Source of the DNA: an uncultured Acidimicrobiia bacterium
GTDB taxonomy: Bacteria > Actinomycetota > Acidimicrobiia > Acidimicrobiales > AC-14
Length of the DNA: 64,000 nt
Reading direction: 5' to 3'
Assembly (NCBI GenBank): GCA_963836205.1
Contig: CAWIIV010000015.1
Location: 32,001 to 96,000, forward strand
Position numbers and translations under genes: made by a program. The notes below the pieces were generated by a model, which was given only the letters and a program-made list of their open reading frames with translations, ran no database searches and was not told the origin of the DNA. Shown here one piece after another: positions 37,335 to 46,915 of this stretch. Numbering within the stretch: the stretch's first letter is position 1; each line of letters opens with the position of its first letter.

Positions 37335-37907
37335 ATGTGGGGTGCCGCCGATGACGCGCTGCTGGCTGGTTTCGGCATGGGCGATGCCGAGGCCGCCACC
37401 GCCTTCGTCCGCCGCCACCAGGCCCGGGTCTTCGGGCTGGCCCGCTCCATCGTGGGCGATCCGGCCCTGGCCGAGGACGTGGCCCAGGAGGCGTTCGTGC
37501 GGGCCTGGCGCCACGCTGCCGCCTATGACGCCCGCCGCGGGTCGGTGACCACCTGGCTGCTGGCCATCACCCGCAACCTGGCCATCGACGCCCTCCGCCT
37601 CCACCGGCCGTCGCCCGTCGACCCCGCCACCCTGGCCGGCTTCGAGGCCCGGCCGGCGGGGCCGCCCGACGCCCCCGGGACCGCGGTCGAAGTCGCGTCC
37701 GACATGGCCCGCCTGCGCTCGGCCCTCGCCGGGCTCCCCGAGGAGCAACGGCGGGCGGTGGTGCTGGCCGCCCTGTGCGGGCGCACGGCCAAGGAGGTCG
37801 GGGAGACCGAGGGCATCCCCTTGGGGACGGCCAAGACCCGGATCCGCACCGGCCTGCTGCGTGTCCGTCACGCCATGGGCGTCCGCCGGGAGGCCGATTC
37901 CCCGTGA
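37335..37907 (+). CDS. ECF RNA polymerase sigma factor (SigK-like)
   Basis: AEDVAQEAF, TWLLAITRNLAID, GIPLGTAKTRIR. Confidence 0.9.
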   Translation: MWGAADDALLAGFGMGDAEAATAFVRRHQARVFGLARSIVGDPALAEDVAQEAFVRAWRHAAAYDARRGSVTTWLLAITRNLAIDALRLHRPSPVDPATLAGFEARPAGPPDAPGTAVEVASDMARLRSALAGLPEEQRRAVVLAALCGRTAKEVGETEGIPLGTAKTRIRTGLLRVRHAMGVRREADSP

Positions 37908-37943
37908 CTCGCCACTCCCCGCCGCCGCCAAGCAGCCGTCGAT

Positions 37944-38120
37944 TGTGCAGTTGTGTCGGTATATCCACCACAACTGCACACGCAAGTGACGACGGGCGGC
38001 GGGCGTGCGGAATCGGCGGTCCATCGGCCACAACTGGACACCCGACTGACGGCGGGCGGCGAGGGTGCGGAAACGCCCGTCGATCCGGCACGTCAGCACA
38101 CTCGGCTGGGGGTGGGCGGG
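37944..38120. repeat. 12-bp hairpin plus degenerate 60-bp tandem repeat between sigma and anti-sigma
   Basis: TGTGCAGTTGTG-N13-CACAACTGCACA; units begin at 37968, 38028, 38088. Confidence 0.6.
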
Positions 38121-38121
38121 C

Positions 38122-38832
38122 GTGAGCGGGGGACGGCCGCCGGCGTGCGGCGGGAGCGAGGGGTGGGGGGCGGAGCTCGCCCTCGGGCTGCTGTCCGGTC
38201 CGGAGCGGGCGGCGGGCCTTTCCCACCTGGCCGGCTGTCCGAGCTGCCGGGAGCAGGTGGACGAGCTGGCCCGGGTGGCCGACCACCTGCTCCTGCTGGC
38301 GCCGGAGGCCGAGCCGCCGGCCGGGTTCGAGTCGCGGGTGCTGGCCGCGGTCGGATCGGCCGCCACCGAGGGCGTAGTCCCCGTTGCCCCTGGTGGCCGT
38401 GGACTCGGCCGGGGCCGGCGGGTCGGCGTGGTCGCGGCCCTGGTGGCGGCGGCCCTCGGTGGCGGCGTGCTCGCCAGCACGATCCGATCCCCCGGCCCCC
38501 ACGATCCCACCGCCCTCCGCACCGGCCTGGCGGTGTCGGCCAGCGGGCGGGTGAGCTGCCGGGTGGTGGTGTCGGGCGACCGACCCGCGTCGGTACTCGT
38601 CAGCCTCGATGGCTACCCCGGCGACGACACCGACGTCAGCGTGGAGATGGTGACGGTGACGGGCGACGTGGTGCCGGTCGGACCGGTTCACGTCACCGGC
38701 GGCCACGGCTTGCTGGTGAGCACCCTCGACCTCGACGCCAAGTCCCTGGGCTTGATGCGCATGCTCAACCGGGAGGGCAAGGTCATCTACGAGGCCACCA
38801 TCCACGACCACCACACCTTCACCGCCCGCTGA
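38122..38832 (+). CDS. Zinc-finger (ZAS) anti-sigma factor
   Basis: ELALG..HLAGCPSC, EPPAGFESRV, one TM segment. Confidence 0.8.
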   Translation: MSGGRPPACGGSEGWGAELALGLLSGPERAAGLSHLAGCPSCREQVDELARVADHLLLLAPEAEPPAGFESRVLAAVGSAATEGVVPVAPGGRGLGRGRRVGVVAALVAAALGGGVLASTIRSPGPHDPTALRTGLAVSASGRVSCRVVVSGDRPASVLVSLDGYPGDDTDVSVEMVTVTGDVVPVGPVHVTGGHGLLVSTLDLDAKSLGLMRMLNREGKVIYEATIHDHHTFTAR

Positions 38833-38886
38833 TCCCATCCCCCACTGATCCCAGCCCTTACTGATCCCAGCCCTTACTGATCCCAG
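38829..38886. repeat. 16-bp tandem repeat (CTGATCCCAGCCCTTA, about 3.6 copies)
   Basis: Units at 38829, 38845, 38861, 38877. Confidence 0.8.
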
Positions 38887-38891
38887 GACGA

Positions 38892-39881
38892 GTGGCCGAC
38901 CCCGATCCCATCCCGCCGACCATCGAGTGGCACGACGGCCGCGTCCGGATGATCGACCAGCGCCGCCTCCCGGGCGAGCTGGTGCTGCTGGAGGCGTCCA
39001 CCGTCGAGGAGTTGTGCGCCGCCATCCGCGTCCTCGCCGTCCGGGGTGCCCCCGCCCTCGGCGTGGCCGGAGCGATGGGCATGGCCCTGGCCGCAGAGGC
39101 CGGACTCGACCTCGACGACGCCGCCGCCGCCATCTGCGCCACCCGGCCCACGGCGGTGAACCTGGCCTGGGGCGTCGCCCGGGCCCGGGCCGCGGCCGAC
39201 CCCCTGGCCGAGGCCCAGGCCGTGGCCGCCGAGGACGTGGCCCGCAACCGCCGGCTCGGCGCCCACGGGGCGATCCTCGTGCCAATCGGGGGCCGGGTGT
39301 TGACCCACTGCAACGCGGGCGCCCTCGCCTGCGCCGGCTACGGCACCGCCCTCGGCGTGATCAGGGCCGCCCACGAGCAGGGACGCACGCCCAGCGTATG
39401 GGTCGACGAGACCCGCCCCGTCCTCCAGGGCTCCCGCCTCACCGCGTGGGAGCTCGACCGCCTCGGGATCCCCGCCACCCTGGTGGCCGACGGGATGGCG
39501 GCCGGGCTCATGGCCGGGGGCGAGGTCGACTGCGTGGTGGTGGGCGCCGACCGGATCGCGGCCAACGGCGACGTGGCGAACAAGGTCGGCACCTACGGGG
39601 TGGCGGTGCTGGCCGCCTACCACGGGGTTCCCTTCTACGTGGCCGCCCCCACGTCAACCGTCGACCTCGCCTGCCCGAGCGGGGCCGACATCCCGATCGA
39701 GCAGCGGCCGGCAGAGGAGGTCACCACCCTGGCCGGCCACCGCGTCGCCCCCATCGGGATGGCCGTCGACAACCGGGCGTTCGACGTCACACCCGCGGCC
39801 CTGGTGACCGCCATCGTCACCGAGGAGGGCATCGCCCGCCCCCCGTACGCCGAGTCCCTGGCCGAGCTCTGCCGCCGGTAG
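38892..39881 (+). CDS. mtnA: S-methyl-5-thioribose-1-phosphate isomerase
   Basis: [34 protein letters not shown]. Confidence 0.93.
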   Translation: MADPDPIPPTIEWHDGRVRMIDQRRLPGELVLLEASTVEELCAAIRVLAVRGAPALGVAGAMGMALAAEAGLDLDDAAAAICATRPTAVNLAWGVARARAAADPLAEAQAVAAEDVARNRRLGAHGAILVPIGGRVLTHCNAGALACAGYGTALGVIRAAHEQGRTPSVWVDETRPVLQGSRLTAWELDRLGIPATLVADGMAAGLMAGGEVDCVVVGADRIAANGDVANKVGTYGVAVLAAYHGVPFYVAAPTSTVDLACPSGADIPIEQRPAEEVTTLAGHRVAPIGMAVDNRAFDVTPAALVTAIVTEEGIARPPYAESLAELCRR

Positions 39882-39976
39882 GGGTCAGGGCCGGGTGAGG
39901 GCGAAGCGGACGTGGGCCAGCCACGCACCCCCACCCGTCGGCCGGGAACCTGTCTCCGAGGCGGATGTGAATCGAC

Positions 39977-40672
39977 TCAGAACAGGCTGGCCGGCTCCTC
40001 CGCCTCGGCCAGCAGGTCGGGGCCGTCGTTGGCCACGCTGTTCACCCGCGACCCCACCGGATGCAGGCGGAGGTAACCGGGCTCGGCCGGGCGCAGCAGG
40101 GGCAGGACCTGGTCTGGGTCGACGACGGCCGGATCGAGCCAGCGGGCCCGGTCCTCGTCCGACAACAGCACCGCCGGCATGCGGTCGTGCAGGCGACCAA
40201 CGTCGTCGTTGGCCGCCACGGTCACGATGGTAACCGTCACCAGGGCCTCGCCGTCGGGCGCGACCCACCGGTCCCAGAGCCCAGCGAGCACCAGCGGCCC
40301 GCCGTCGTCGGGGGTGACGAACCACGGTTGGCGGCCGCTCGGCAGCCGTCGCCACTCGTAGAACCCGTCGACCGGGACCAGGCCGCGGCGATGGGCGACG
40401 AGGTCGGCGAAGGCGGGCCGTTCCAGCAGCGACTCCGCCCGGGCGTTGATCGGTCGCGGCCCCGACGTGGGGTCGGTCGACCACGAGGGCACAAGTCCCC
40501 ACCGCATCAGTCCGAGGCGGCGGGTGCCGGCCCGGGTCGCGACCACCACGTAGAGGTCCCGCCCGGGAGCCACGTTCCAACTGGGCGGGAGCTCGGGCGC
40601 CACCACCTCGTCCACCTGCAGCCAGCCGACCAGCTGGCTGACCGAGCTGCTGGAAACGACACGGCCGCACAC
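39977..40672 (-). CDS. SRAP (SOS response-associated peptidase) family protein
   Basis: N-terminal MCGR; WGLVPSW, INARAE, GFYEW, HDRMP. Confidence 0.9.
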   Translation of the reverse strand: MCGRVVSSSSVSQLVGWLQVDEVVAPELPPSWNVAPGRDLYVVVATRAGTRRLGLMRWGLVPSWSTDPTSGPRPINARAESLLERPAFADLVAHRRGLVPVDGFYEWRRLPSGRQPWFVTPDDGGPLVLAGLWDRWVAPDGEALVTVTIVTVAANDDVGRLHDRMPAVLLSDEDRARWLDPAVVDPDQVLPLLRPAEPGYLRLHPVGSRVNSVANDGPDLLAEAEEPASLF

Positions 40673-40719
40673 CCCTCTCAGGGTATGCGGCCGGATCGCT
40701 CCCGAAGGAGATCTGCGAG

Positions 40720-40998
40720 CTACACGCGGACGCCGCCGCGGCGGCTGCTGACGGCCCTGTAGATGAGCAGGACGATGATCGCCCCGATCACCGATCCGAG
40801 GATGCCGACCGGGTGGATCCCGAGGTCCTCGGCGTCGCTGCGGAAGAGGGCGTCGGCCAGGAACCCGCCGACGAACGAGCCGACGATGCCAAGCACGATG
40901 GTGGCGCCGATGCCCATCGGGTCGCGTCCCGGGACGAGGAAGCGAGCGAGGGCTCCGGCGACGAGTCCGACCACGATGAGTCCGAGGATGAAGAGCAT
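40720..40998 (-). CDS. GlsB/YeaQ/YmgE family stress membrane protein
   Basis: GLVAGALARFLVPG..GIVGSFVGG; AGGAG RBS. Confidence 0.85.
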   Translation of the reverse strand: MLFILGLIVVGLVAGALARFLVPGRDPMGIGATIVLGIVGSFVGGFLADALFRSDAEDLGIHPVGILGSVIGAIIVLLIYRAVSSRRGGVRV

Positions 40999-41074
40999 TT
41001 CGGTTCTCCTGTTCGAAAGCGACCTGACGTGTGGGAAGTAGGTTCCCGCCGCCCCGGGGGTGCAAACTCGCCCG

Positions 41075-42235
41075 ATGGCCCGCAAGCCCACGGTCAACGG
41101 CATGCTCCTGGCCACTGTCCTCCCGCTGCTCGTGGCCACCCTGGTCGGACTGGTGGTGCTCTGGCCGCCTGGCAACGCTGTTCGCCGGCCAACCAACTTC
41201 GGCCCGGTGGCGCAATTGGTCGACGGCACGGTGGTGGCCGACCAGGAGGTGCCCTGCGGGGGTTCGCCGCTGGGGGTCGCCAGCAAGTGCCGGGTGGCCA
41301 CGGTGCGCCTCACCGAAGGACCGGAGAAGGGCCAGACCACCGACCTCGACCTCTTCGAGGGGCCGGGACAGCCCCGGCTCCACACTGGCGACCCGGTGGT
41401 GCTGGGTCGGGCCGACGACCGGAGAGGGGTGGACTACTACTTCTCCGACTTCCAGCGTCGCAGCCCACTGCTGTGGCTGGGACTGCTGTTCGCGGTGGCG
41501 GTGGTTGCCATCGGCCGGATGCGGGGACTGGCCGCCCTCGTCGGGCTCGGCCTGAGCTTCGTCCTGCTCATCTCGTTCGTGCTCCCGGCAGTGCTGGCCG
41601 GCAGCAACCCGCTGCTGGTGGCGATCGTGGGGTCGTCGGCCATCATGTTCGTGCTGATGTACCTGGCCCACGGGTTCAACCCGAAGACCACCACCGCCCT
41701 CCTCGGCACCCTCGTCAGCCTCGCTCTCACCGGGATCCTGGCCGCGGTGTTCGTGGAGGTGGCCCGGGTGGCCGCGGTGAACACCGAGGAGCTGGCCTAC
41801 CTGCAGATCAACGCCTCCCAGGTCAGCCTGAAGGGGATCCTGCTGGGAGGGATCATCATCGGCTCGCTGGGTGTGCTCAACGACGTCACCGTCACCCAGG
41901 CGTCGGCCGTGTGGGCGCTCAAGGATGCCGACCCCACGGCCGGCGCCGGCGCGCTGTACCGGCGGGCGATGCTGATCGGCCGCGACCACATCGCGTCCAC
42001 AGTCGACACCCTCGTGCTGGCCTACGCGGGCGCGGCGCTGCCGCTGCTGCTGCTGTTCACCCTGGCCAGCCGGCCCATCGGCGACGTGGTCACCGGCGGG
42101 CTGGTGGCGCAGGAGATCGTGCGAGCCCTTGTGGGTGGGATCGGGCTGGTGGCGTCGGTGCCCGTCACGACCGGGCTGGCGGCCCTGGTCGCCACCCGCG
42201 GGGCCGGTGGAAAAGGTGGTACCCCGCCCGCCTAG
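41075..42235 (+). CDS. YibE/F family membrane protein
   Basis: DFQRR, LGVLNDVTVTQ, GRDHIAS.V.TLVLAY. Confidence 0.9.
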   Translation: MARKPTVNGMLLATVLPLLVATLVGLVVLWPPGNAVRRPTNFGPVAQLVDGTVVADQEVPCGGSPLGVASKCRVATVRLTEGPEKGQTTDLDLFEGPGQPRLHTGDPVVLGRADDRRGVDYYFSDFQRRSPLLWLGLLFAVAVVAIGRMRGLAALVGLGLSFVLLISFVLPAVLAGSNPLLVAIVGSSAIMFVLMYLAHGFNPKTTTALLGTLVSLALTGILAAVFVEVARVAAVNTEELAYLQINASQVSLKGILLGGIIIGSLGVLNDVTVTQASAVWALKDADPTAGAGALYRRAMLIGRDHIASTVDTLVLAYAGAALPLLLLFTLASRPIGDVVTGGLVAQEIVRALVGGIGLVASVPVTTGLAALVATRGAGGKGGTPPA

Positions 42236-42238
42236 TCT

Positions 42239-43066
42239 GTGGATATCGCGCCCCGATTTCGCCTTCCGTCGTCCCGGCTGCCCCTGGTCACCCTGGCCGT
42301 GGCGGCCGCGCTCCTCACCGTCCTCACCGGCGCGTCCAACCACCCGCCCTCCGGTGGGGACGGGTCCCGGCAATCGCTGGCGGTGGGGTTGGCCGCCAGC
42401 GAGAAGCCGCCAAAGACGACCACCACGTCCGTCGGAGGCATGAGGCTGCCGGCGACGGCGCCCACCACCACCTCGCCCGCGGTGGAGAGCGTGGTGGGCC
42501 TCGGCCCGGCCGCGGCGGCGGGGGCCGACGGGGCCGGCGTGGCCGACGGGGCCGAGGACGAGCAGATCGACGAGTCGGAGGAGACCGAGGCCGAGGCATC
42601 CGATCCGGCACCGACCCGCACCCGGGCGAGCACGCCCGCGCCCACGTCTCCCCCACCGCCCCCGGAGCCGGTCCCCGTGGGCCTCACCCGCCTCCCCAAC
42701 GTGGAGCTCGAGGTGCTCACCCTCACCAACCTCGACCGGGGTGACAACGGCGTGCCGCCCGTCACCCGAGACGGCTGCATGGACGGCGAGGCCTCGGCGT
42801 GGGCCCACGCCATGGCCGAGTCCAACGTCATGGCCCACAGTGGCAGTGGCGGTCCTGCCGTCCAGGGCTGCCGGGGGGCGAGCGCGGCGTGGGGCGACAA
42901 CATCGGCTACTGGCAGCCCTGCTACGCGTCGGAGATGGAGGCGTGGTGGATGGGCTCCCCCTCTCACCGCCCCCACATCCTCGACCCGTCGTTCTCCGCG
43001 GTGGGCATCGGCGTGTGGGCCGAGCCCGACGGCCGCTGCTGGTTCCAGGTCTACTTCGGGACCTGA
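42239..43066 (+). CDS. CAP (SCP) domain secreted protein
   Basis: GDNIG, WWMGSPSHRPHIL, VGIG; Thr/Pro-rich linker. Confidence 0.8.
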   Translation: MDIAPRFRLPSSRLPLVTLAVAAALLTVLTGASNHPPSGGDGSRQSLAVGLAASEKPPKTTTTSVGGMRLPATAPTTTSPAVESVVGLGPAAAAGADGAGVADGAEDEQIDESEETEAEASDPAPTRTRASTPAPTSPPPPPEPVPVGLTRLPNVELEVLTLTNLDRGDNGVPPVTRDGCMDGEASAWAHAMAESNVMAHSGSGGPAVQGCRGASAAWGDNIGYWQPCYASEMEAWWMGSPSHRPHILDPSFSAVGIGVWAEPDGRCWFQVYFGT

Positions 43067-43070
43067 CCCT

Positions 43071-43541
43071 CTACGCCGCCACCACCACCGTGTCGACGAT
43101 CTTGTCGGCGAACGTCTGGCGCTTCTCGTCCCAGAGCGGCCACAGGTAGCCCAGGCCGCAGAGGGCACCATCGATGAACATGTGGAGCAGGTGGCGGCCG
43201 ATGCTCAGCCCGACACCCGGAGACGCCTGACCGTCGAGGCGCACGAGGCGGATGGCAAGCATCCCCTTGCCGACGGTCTGTCCCGTCTGGCCCTGCCGGA
43301 CCAGGTTCCACACCACGAAGCCGACGGCGGCGAGAACGGTGATGATCGTCATGAACACCCCGAGAGCCTCGGACGTGGTGCCGAGGACGGTACCGATGAT
43401 GATCCCGACCACGACGATGGCGCAGGCGATGAGCGAGTCGACGAGGTAGGCGGCCACCCGTTGGCCCCACGACGCCAGGGGTGGTCCGGTCGGTGCGGTC
43501 CCGCCCGACCACGGATCGGACGACGGTGGATGGTTCGACAT
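43071..43541 (-). CDS. RDD family membrane protein
   Basis: WGQRVAAYLVD, GQTVGK, RQTFADKI. Confidence 0.88.
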   Translation of the reverse strand: MSNHPPSSDPWSGGTAPTGPPLASWGQRVAAYLVDSLIACAIVVVGIIIGTVLGTTSEALGVFMTIITVLAAVGFVVWNLVRQGQTGQTVGKGMLAIRLVRLDGQASPGVGLSIGRHLLHMFIDGALCGLGYLWPLWDEKRQTFADKIVDTVVVAA

Positions 43542-43638
43542 GTCCCCGCTCCCTTCCTCGACGCCCATCCCGGGCGCTCACCCGAGCGTACGACGCCGGG
43601 CCGGGCCGAGCCCGCGGACCGGGCGTAGCCTCGGGTTG

Positions 43639-44013
43639 ATGCCGACGGCGACCCTCGCCCCCGAACAGGCCCGCCACCTGCGGTTGGCCGGCGGCGTGAT
43701 GCTGGGAGCGGGGCTGGTGCTGACCCGCCTGCCGGCGGGCGTCGGCCTCCCGTGCCCCCTGCGCACCATCACCGGCGTCCCCTGCCCCCTGTGCGGGATG
43801 ACGACCAGCGTCGAGGCCACCCTTGCCGGCAACCTCGGGCAAGCGCTGGCGGCCAACCCGATCGGGATCCTGGCCGTGGTGGTGGCCGTGGTGCTCCTCG
43901 TGTCCCGGCCCGAGACCGTCCGGATTCCGCCCGTGCCGGTGATCGTCGCCGGGCTGGCGGCGATGTGGGCCTTCGAGCTGGCCCGGTTCGGGCTCCTGCC
44001 CGGCTTCGGCTGA
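43639..44013 (+). CDS. DUF2752 membrane protein
   Basis: CPLRTITGVPCPLCGMT. Confidence 0.85.
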   Translation: MPTATLAPEQARHLRLAGGVMLGAGLVLTRLPAGVGLPCPLRTITGVPCPLCGMTTSVEATLAGNLGQALAANPIGILAVVVAVVLLVSRPETVRIPPVPVIVAGLAAMWAFELARFGLLPGFG

Positions 44014-44024
44014 AACGTGGACGG

Positions 44025-45557
44025 CTAGCGCTCGCGGGCGTCCCAGGTGGGGACGAGGCGGCGGGCGGCCCGCACCTCGTCGACCCGTCCCACCGGGGTG
44101 TTGCGGGGGGCGGCGTGGGCCGCGTCCGCCCCCTCCGGCGTGGCGGCCAGCTCGGCGATGCGGAGCAGGGCATCGGCCAGGGCGGCCAGGGTCTGGGGGC
44201 TCTCCGTCTCCGAGGGCTCGATCATGAGCGCCTCCTCGACGATGAGCGGGAAGTACACGGTGGGGGCGTGGAAGCCCTCCTCCAGCAGCCGCTTGGCCAC
44301 GTCGATGGCCTTCACGCCGGTGCGGCGCTTGAGGCCGCCGGCGGAGGCGACGAACTCGTGCATGCACGCCCGGTCGTAGGGCAGGTCGTAGACGCCCCGC
44401 AGCCGGTGGCGGAGCCAGTTGGCGTTGAGCACGGCCGCGTCGGCCACCCGGCGCAGCCCGTCGCCCCCGTTGGCCAGCATGTACGAATGGGCCCGGGCCA
44501 GGGCGAGGGCGTTGCCGTGCCAGCCGTGGACCCGCCCGATCGACCGCGGCGGCAGCTCCCACGTGTAGCGCCCGTCGCTGTCGACGGTGGGACGGGGACC
44601 GGGCAGGTAGGGCGCCAGCGCCTCGGTGACGGCCACCGGCCCCGCCCCCGGTCCACCCCCGCCGTGGGGGACGGCGAACGTCTTGTGCAGGTTGGAGTGG
44701 ACGATGTCGAAGCCCATGTCGCCCGGGCGGGTGATGCCGAGGATGGCGTTGAGGTTGGCCCCGTCGTAGTACACCAACCCACCCACCTGGTGGACGGCGG
44801 TGGCCATCTCCACGATGTCCTCCTCGAACAGGCCGAGGGTGTTGGGGTTGGTGAGCATGATGGCGGCCACGTCGTCGTCGAGGCGCGCCCGGAGGGCGTC
44901 GACGTCGACCAGGCCCCGGGCGTCGGAGGGGACCTGGGTGACCTGGTAGCCGCCCAGGCTGACCGACGCCGGGTTGGTGCCGTGGGCCGAGTCGGGGATG
45001 AGGACCCGGGTGCGGGGTCGGTCGCCGGGATGGTCGCGGTGCCACGCCTTCACCAGGAGCAGGCCGGTGAGCTCGCCGGCCGCCCCCGCCGGCGGCTGGA
45101 GGGTGGCCGCGGCCATGCCCGTGATCTCGCACAGGGCCCGCTCCAGGTCGACCAGCAGCTCCAGCCAGCCCTGGATGTGGGCCACCGGGGCCGCGGGGTG
45201 GACGTTGGCCAGCCCGGGGCGGAAGGCGGTGGCGTCGCAGAGCTTGGGGTTGTACTTCATGGTGCACGACCCGAGGGGATAGGCGCCCAGGTCGACGGAG
45301 TACTGACGATGGGTCAGGCGGGTGAAGTGGGCCACCAGGTCGCGCTCCGACACCTCCGCCACCGCCGCCGGCTCGGCCCGGAGCTGGTCGGACGGCACCA
45401 GCTCCTCCGCCGTCCACGGCGGCACTCCCGTCTCCCGGAACGAGCACGCAACCCGGCCCGGCACCGACAGCTCGAAGATGGTCGGCTCGCCGTCCCGCCC
45501 CATGATGGGGGCGCTCGACGCCCGCCCGCCGGGCGCGGCCCCGGCCCCGGCGGTCAC
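44025..45557 (-). CDS. gcvPB: Glycine dehydrogenase subunit 2
   Basis: PLGSCTMKYNP, SAHGTNPAS, NLHKTF..PHGGGGPG. Confidence 0.95.
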   Translation of the reverse strand: MTAGAGAAPGGRASSAPIMGRDGEPTIFELSVPGRVACSFRETGVPPWTAEELVPSDQLRAEPAAVAEVSERDLVAHFTRLTHRQYSVDLGAYPLGSCTMKYNPKLCDATAFRPGLANVHPAAPVAHIQGWLELLVDLERALCEITGMAAATLQPPAGAAGELTGLLLVKAWHRDHPGDRPRTRVLIPDSAHGTNPASVSLGGYQVTQVPSDARGLVDVDALRARLDDDVAAIMLTNPNTLGLFEEDIVEMATAVHQVGGLVYYDGANLNAILGITRPGDMGFDIVHSNLHKTFAVPHGGGGPGAGPVAVTEALAPYLPGPRPTVDSDGRYTWELPPRSIGRVHGWHGNALALARAHSYMLANGGDGLRRVADAAVLNANWLRHRLRGVYDLPYDRACMHEFVASAGGLKRRTGVKAIDVAKRLLEEGFHAPTVYFPLIVEEALMIEPSETESPQTLAALADALLRIAELAATPEGADAAHAAPRNTPVGRVDEVRAARRLVPTWDARER

Positions 45558-46912
45558 CGGATCACCTTGTCGAGGGCGGCGACGTAGCGGTCGATCTGCT
45601 CCCGGGTCCGGCGCTCGGTGACGGCCACCAACAACCCGCGCTCGCCGTACTCGTCGTCCAACGGGACGCCGGCGAGGAAGCCCTCGTCGGCCATGCGCTC
45701 GACCACCTCGTCGGCGTCGACCGGCAGGCGGAGGGCGAACTCGCGCAGCACCGGGGCGCCCACCAGCGGCTCCACACCGTCGACGGCCAGCAGCGCCTCC
45801 CGGGCGTAGCGGGTGCCCCGGGCGCAGCGGACGGCAAGCTCCCGCAGCCCGGCGGTGCCCAGCCAGGCCAGGTGGACGGCGAAGGCCACCGCGATCAGCG
45901 TCTGGTTGGTGCACACGTTCGACGACGCCCGCTCCCGGCGGATGTCCTGCTCCCGGGTGCGCAGGGTGGTCACGTAGGCCCGCCGGCCCTCGACATCGAC
46001 CGTCTCGCCCACGAGGCGGCCGGGCAGCCGCCGCACGTGCTCCATCCGGCAGGCGAACAGGCCCAGGTACGGTCCGCCGAACGACAGCGGCGTGCCGAAG
46101 GGCTGCCCCTCCCCCACCACCACGTCGACGCCGAAGTCGCCCGGCGGCTTCAACAGCCCGAGGGAGACGGGGTCGGCGGCGACGACGACGTGGGCGCCGA
46201 CCGCCCGGGCCGCGGCCACCGCCCCGGCCACGTCCTCCAGGCACCCGAGGTGGTTGGGCTGCTGCAGGATCAGTACGCCGGGCGATTCTCCCCCGTCTCC
46301 GCCGCCGCCGGTCGTCGCCGGCCACGCCGTGCGCCCGTCCTCCAAATCGATCGTCCGCAGCTGGTGCCCGGACCCGGCCGCGAAGGTGGCCATCACGTCC
46401 CGCCAGTGGGGGTGGACCCCCCGCGACACCCACACGCCCGATCGCCCGGTGGCCGCGACCGACAGGTTCACCGCCTCCACGCACGCCGACGCCCCGTCAT
46501 ACAGGGAGGCGTTGGCCACCTCCATCCCCGTCAGCCGGGTGACCAGGGTCTGGTACTCGAAGAGGGCCTGGAGGACTCCCTGGGCCACCTCCGGCTGGTA
46601 CGGCGTGTAGGAGGTGACGAACTCGGACCTGAAGGCGAGGGCGTTGACCACCGACGGGATGTCGTGGTCGTAGGCGCCCGCCCCCGCGAAGCACACCAGG
46701 TCGGGGGCCGCGGGCCGGTTGCGCCCCGCCAACTGGTCGATGCGGTCGAGGACGTCGGGCTCGCTCAGGCCGGGGGCGAGGTCGAGGCCCTGTCCCGAGG
46801 CCAATCGGAGGGCGGCGGGCACGGCGTCGAACAGCTCGTCGATCGACGACAACCCGATCGAGGCCAGCATCTCCGCCATCTCGGCGTCGGTATGGGGGAC
46901 GAAGTGGCCCAT
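45554..46912 (-). CDS. gcvPA: Glycine dehydrogenase subunit 1
   Basis: YTPYQPEVAQG, NASLYDG, REQDIRRERASSNVCTNQ. Confidence 0.95.
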   Translation of the reverse strand: MGHFVPHTDAEMAEMLASIGLSSIDELFDAVPAALRLASGQGLDLAPGLSEPDVLDRIDQLAGRNRPAAPDLVCFAGAGAYDHDIPSVVNALAFRSEFVTSYTPYQPEVAQGVLQALFEYQTLVTRLTGMEVANASLYDGASACVEAVNLSVAATGRSGVWVSRGVHPHWRDVMATFAAGSGHQLRTIDLEDGRTAWPATTGGGGDGGESPGVLILQQPNHLGCLEDVAGAVAAARAVGAHVVVAADPVSLGLLKPPGDFGVDVVVGEGQPFGTPLSFGGPYLGLFACRMEHVRRLPGRLVGETVDVEGRRAYVTTLRTREQDIRRERASSNVCTNQTLIAVAFAVHLAWLGTAGLRELAVRCARGTRYAREALLAVDGVEPLVGAPVLREFALRLPVDADEVVERMADEGFLAGVPLDDEYGERGLLVAVTERRTREQIDRYVAALDKVIR

Positions 46913-46915
46913 GGG

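Noticed and set aside
39977-43171. 1064-aa ORF and similar very long track ORFs (e.g. 13661-16729, 56198-59044)
   Set aside because: Stop-poor shadow frames of GC-rich DNA; at most their 3' parts (SRAP, GT-C) are real genes
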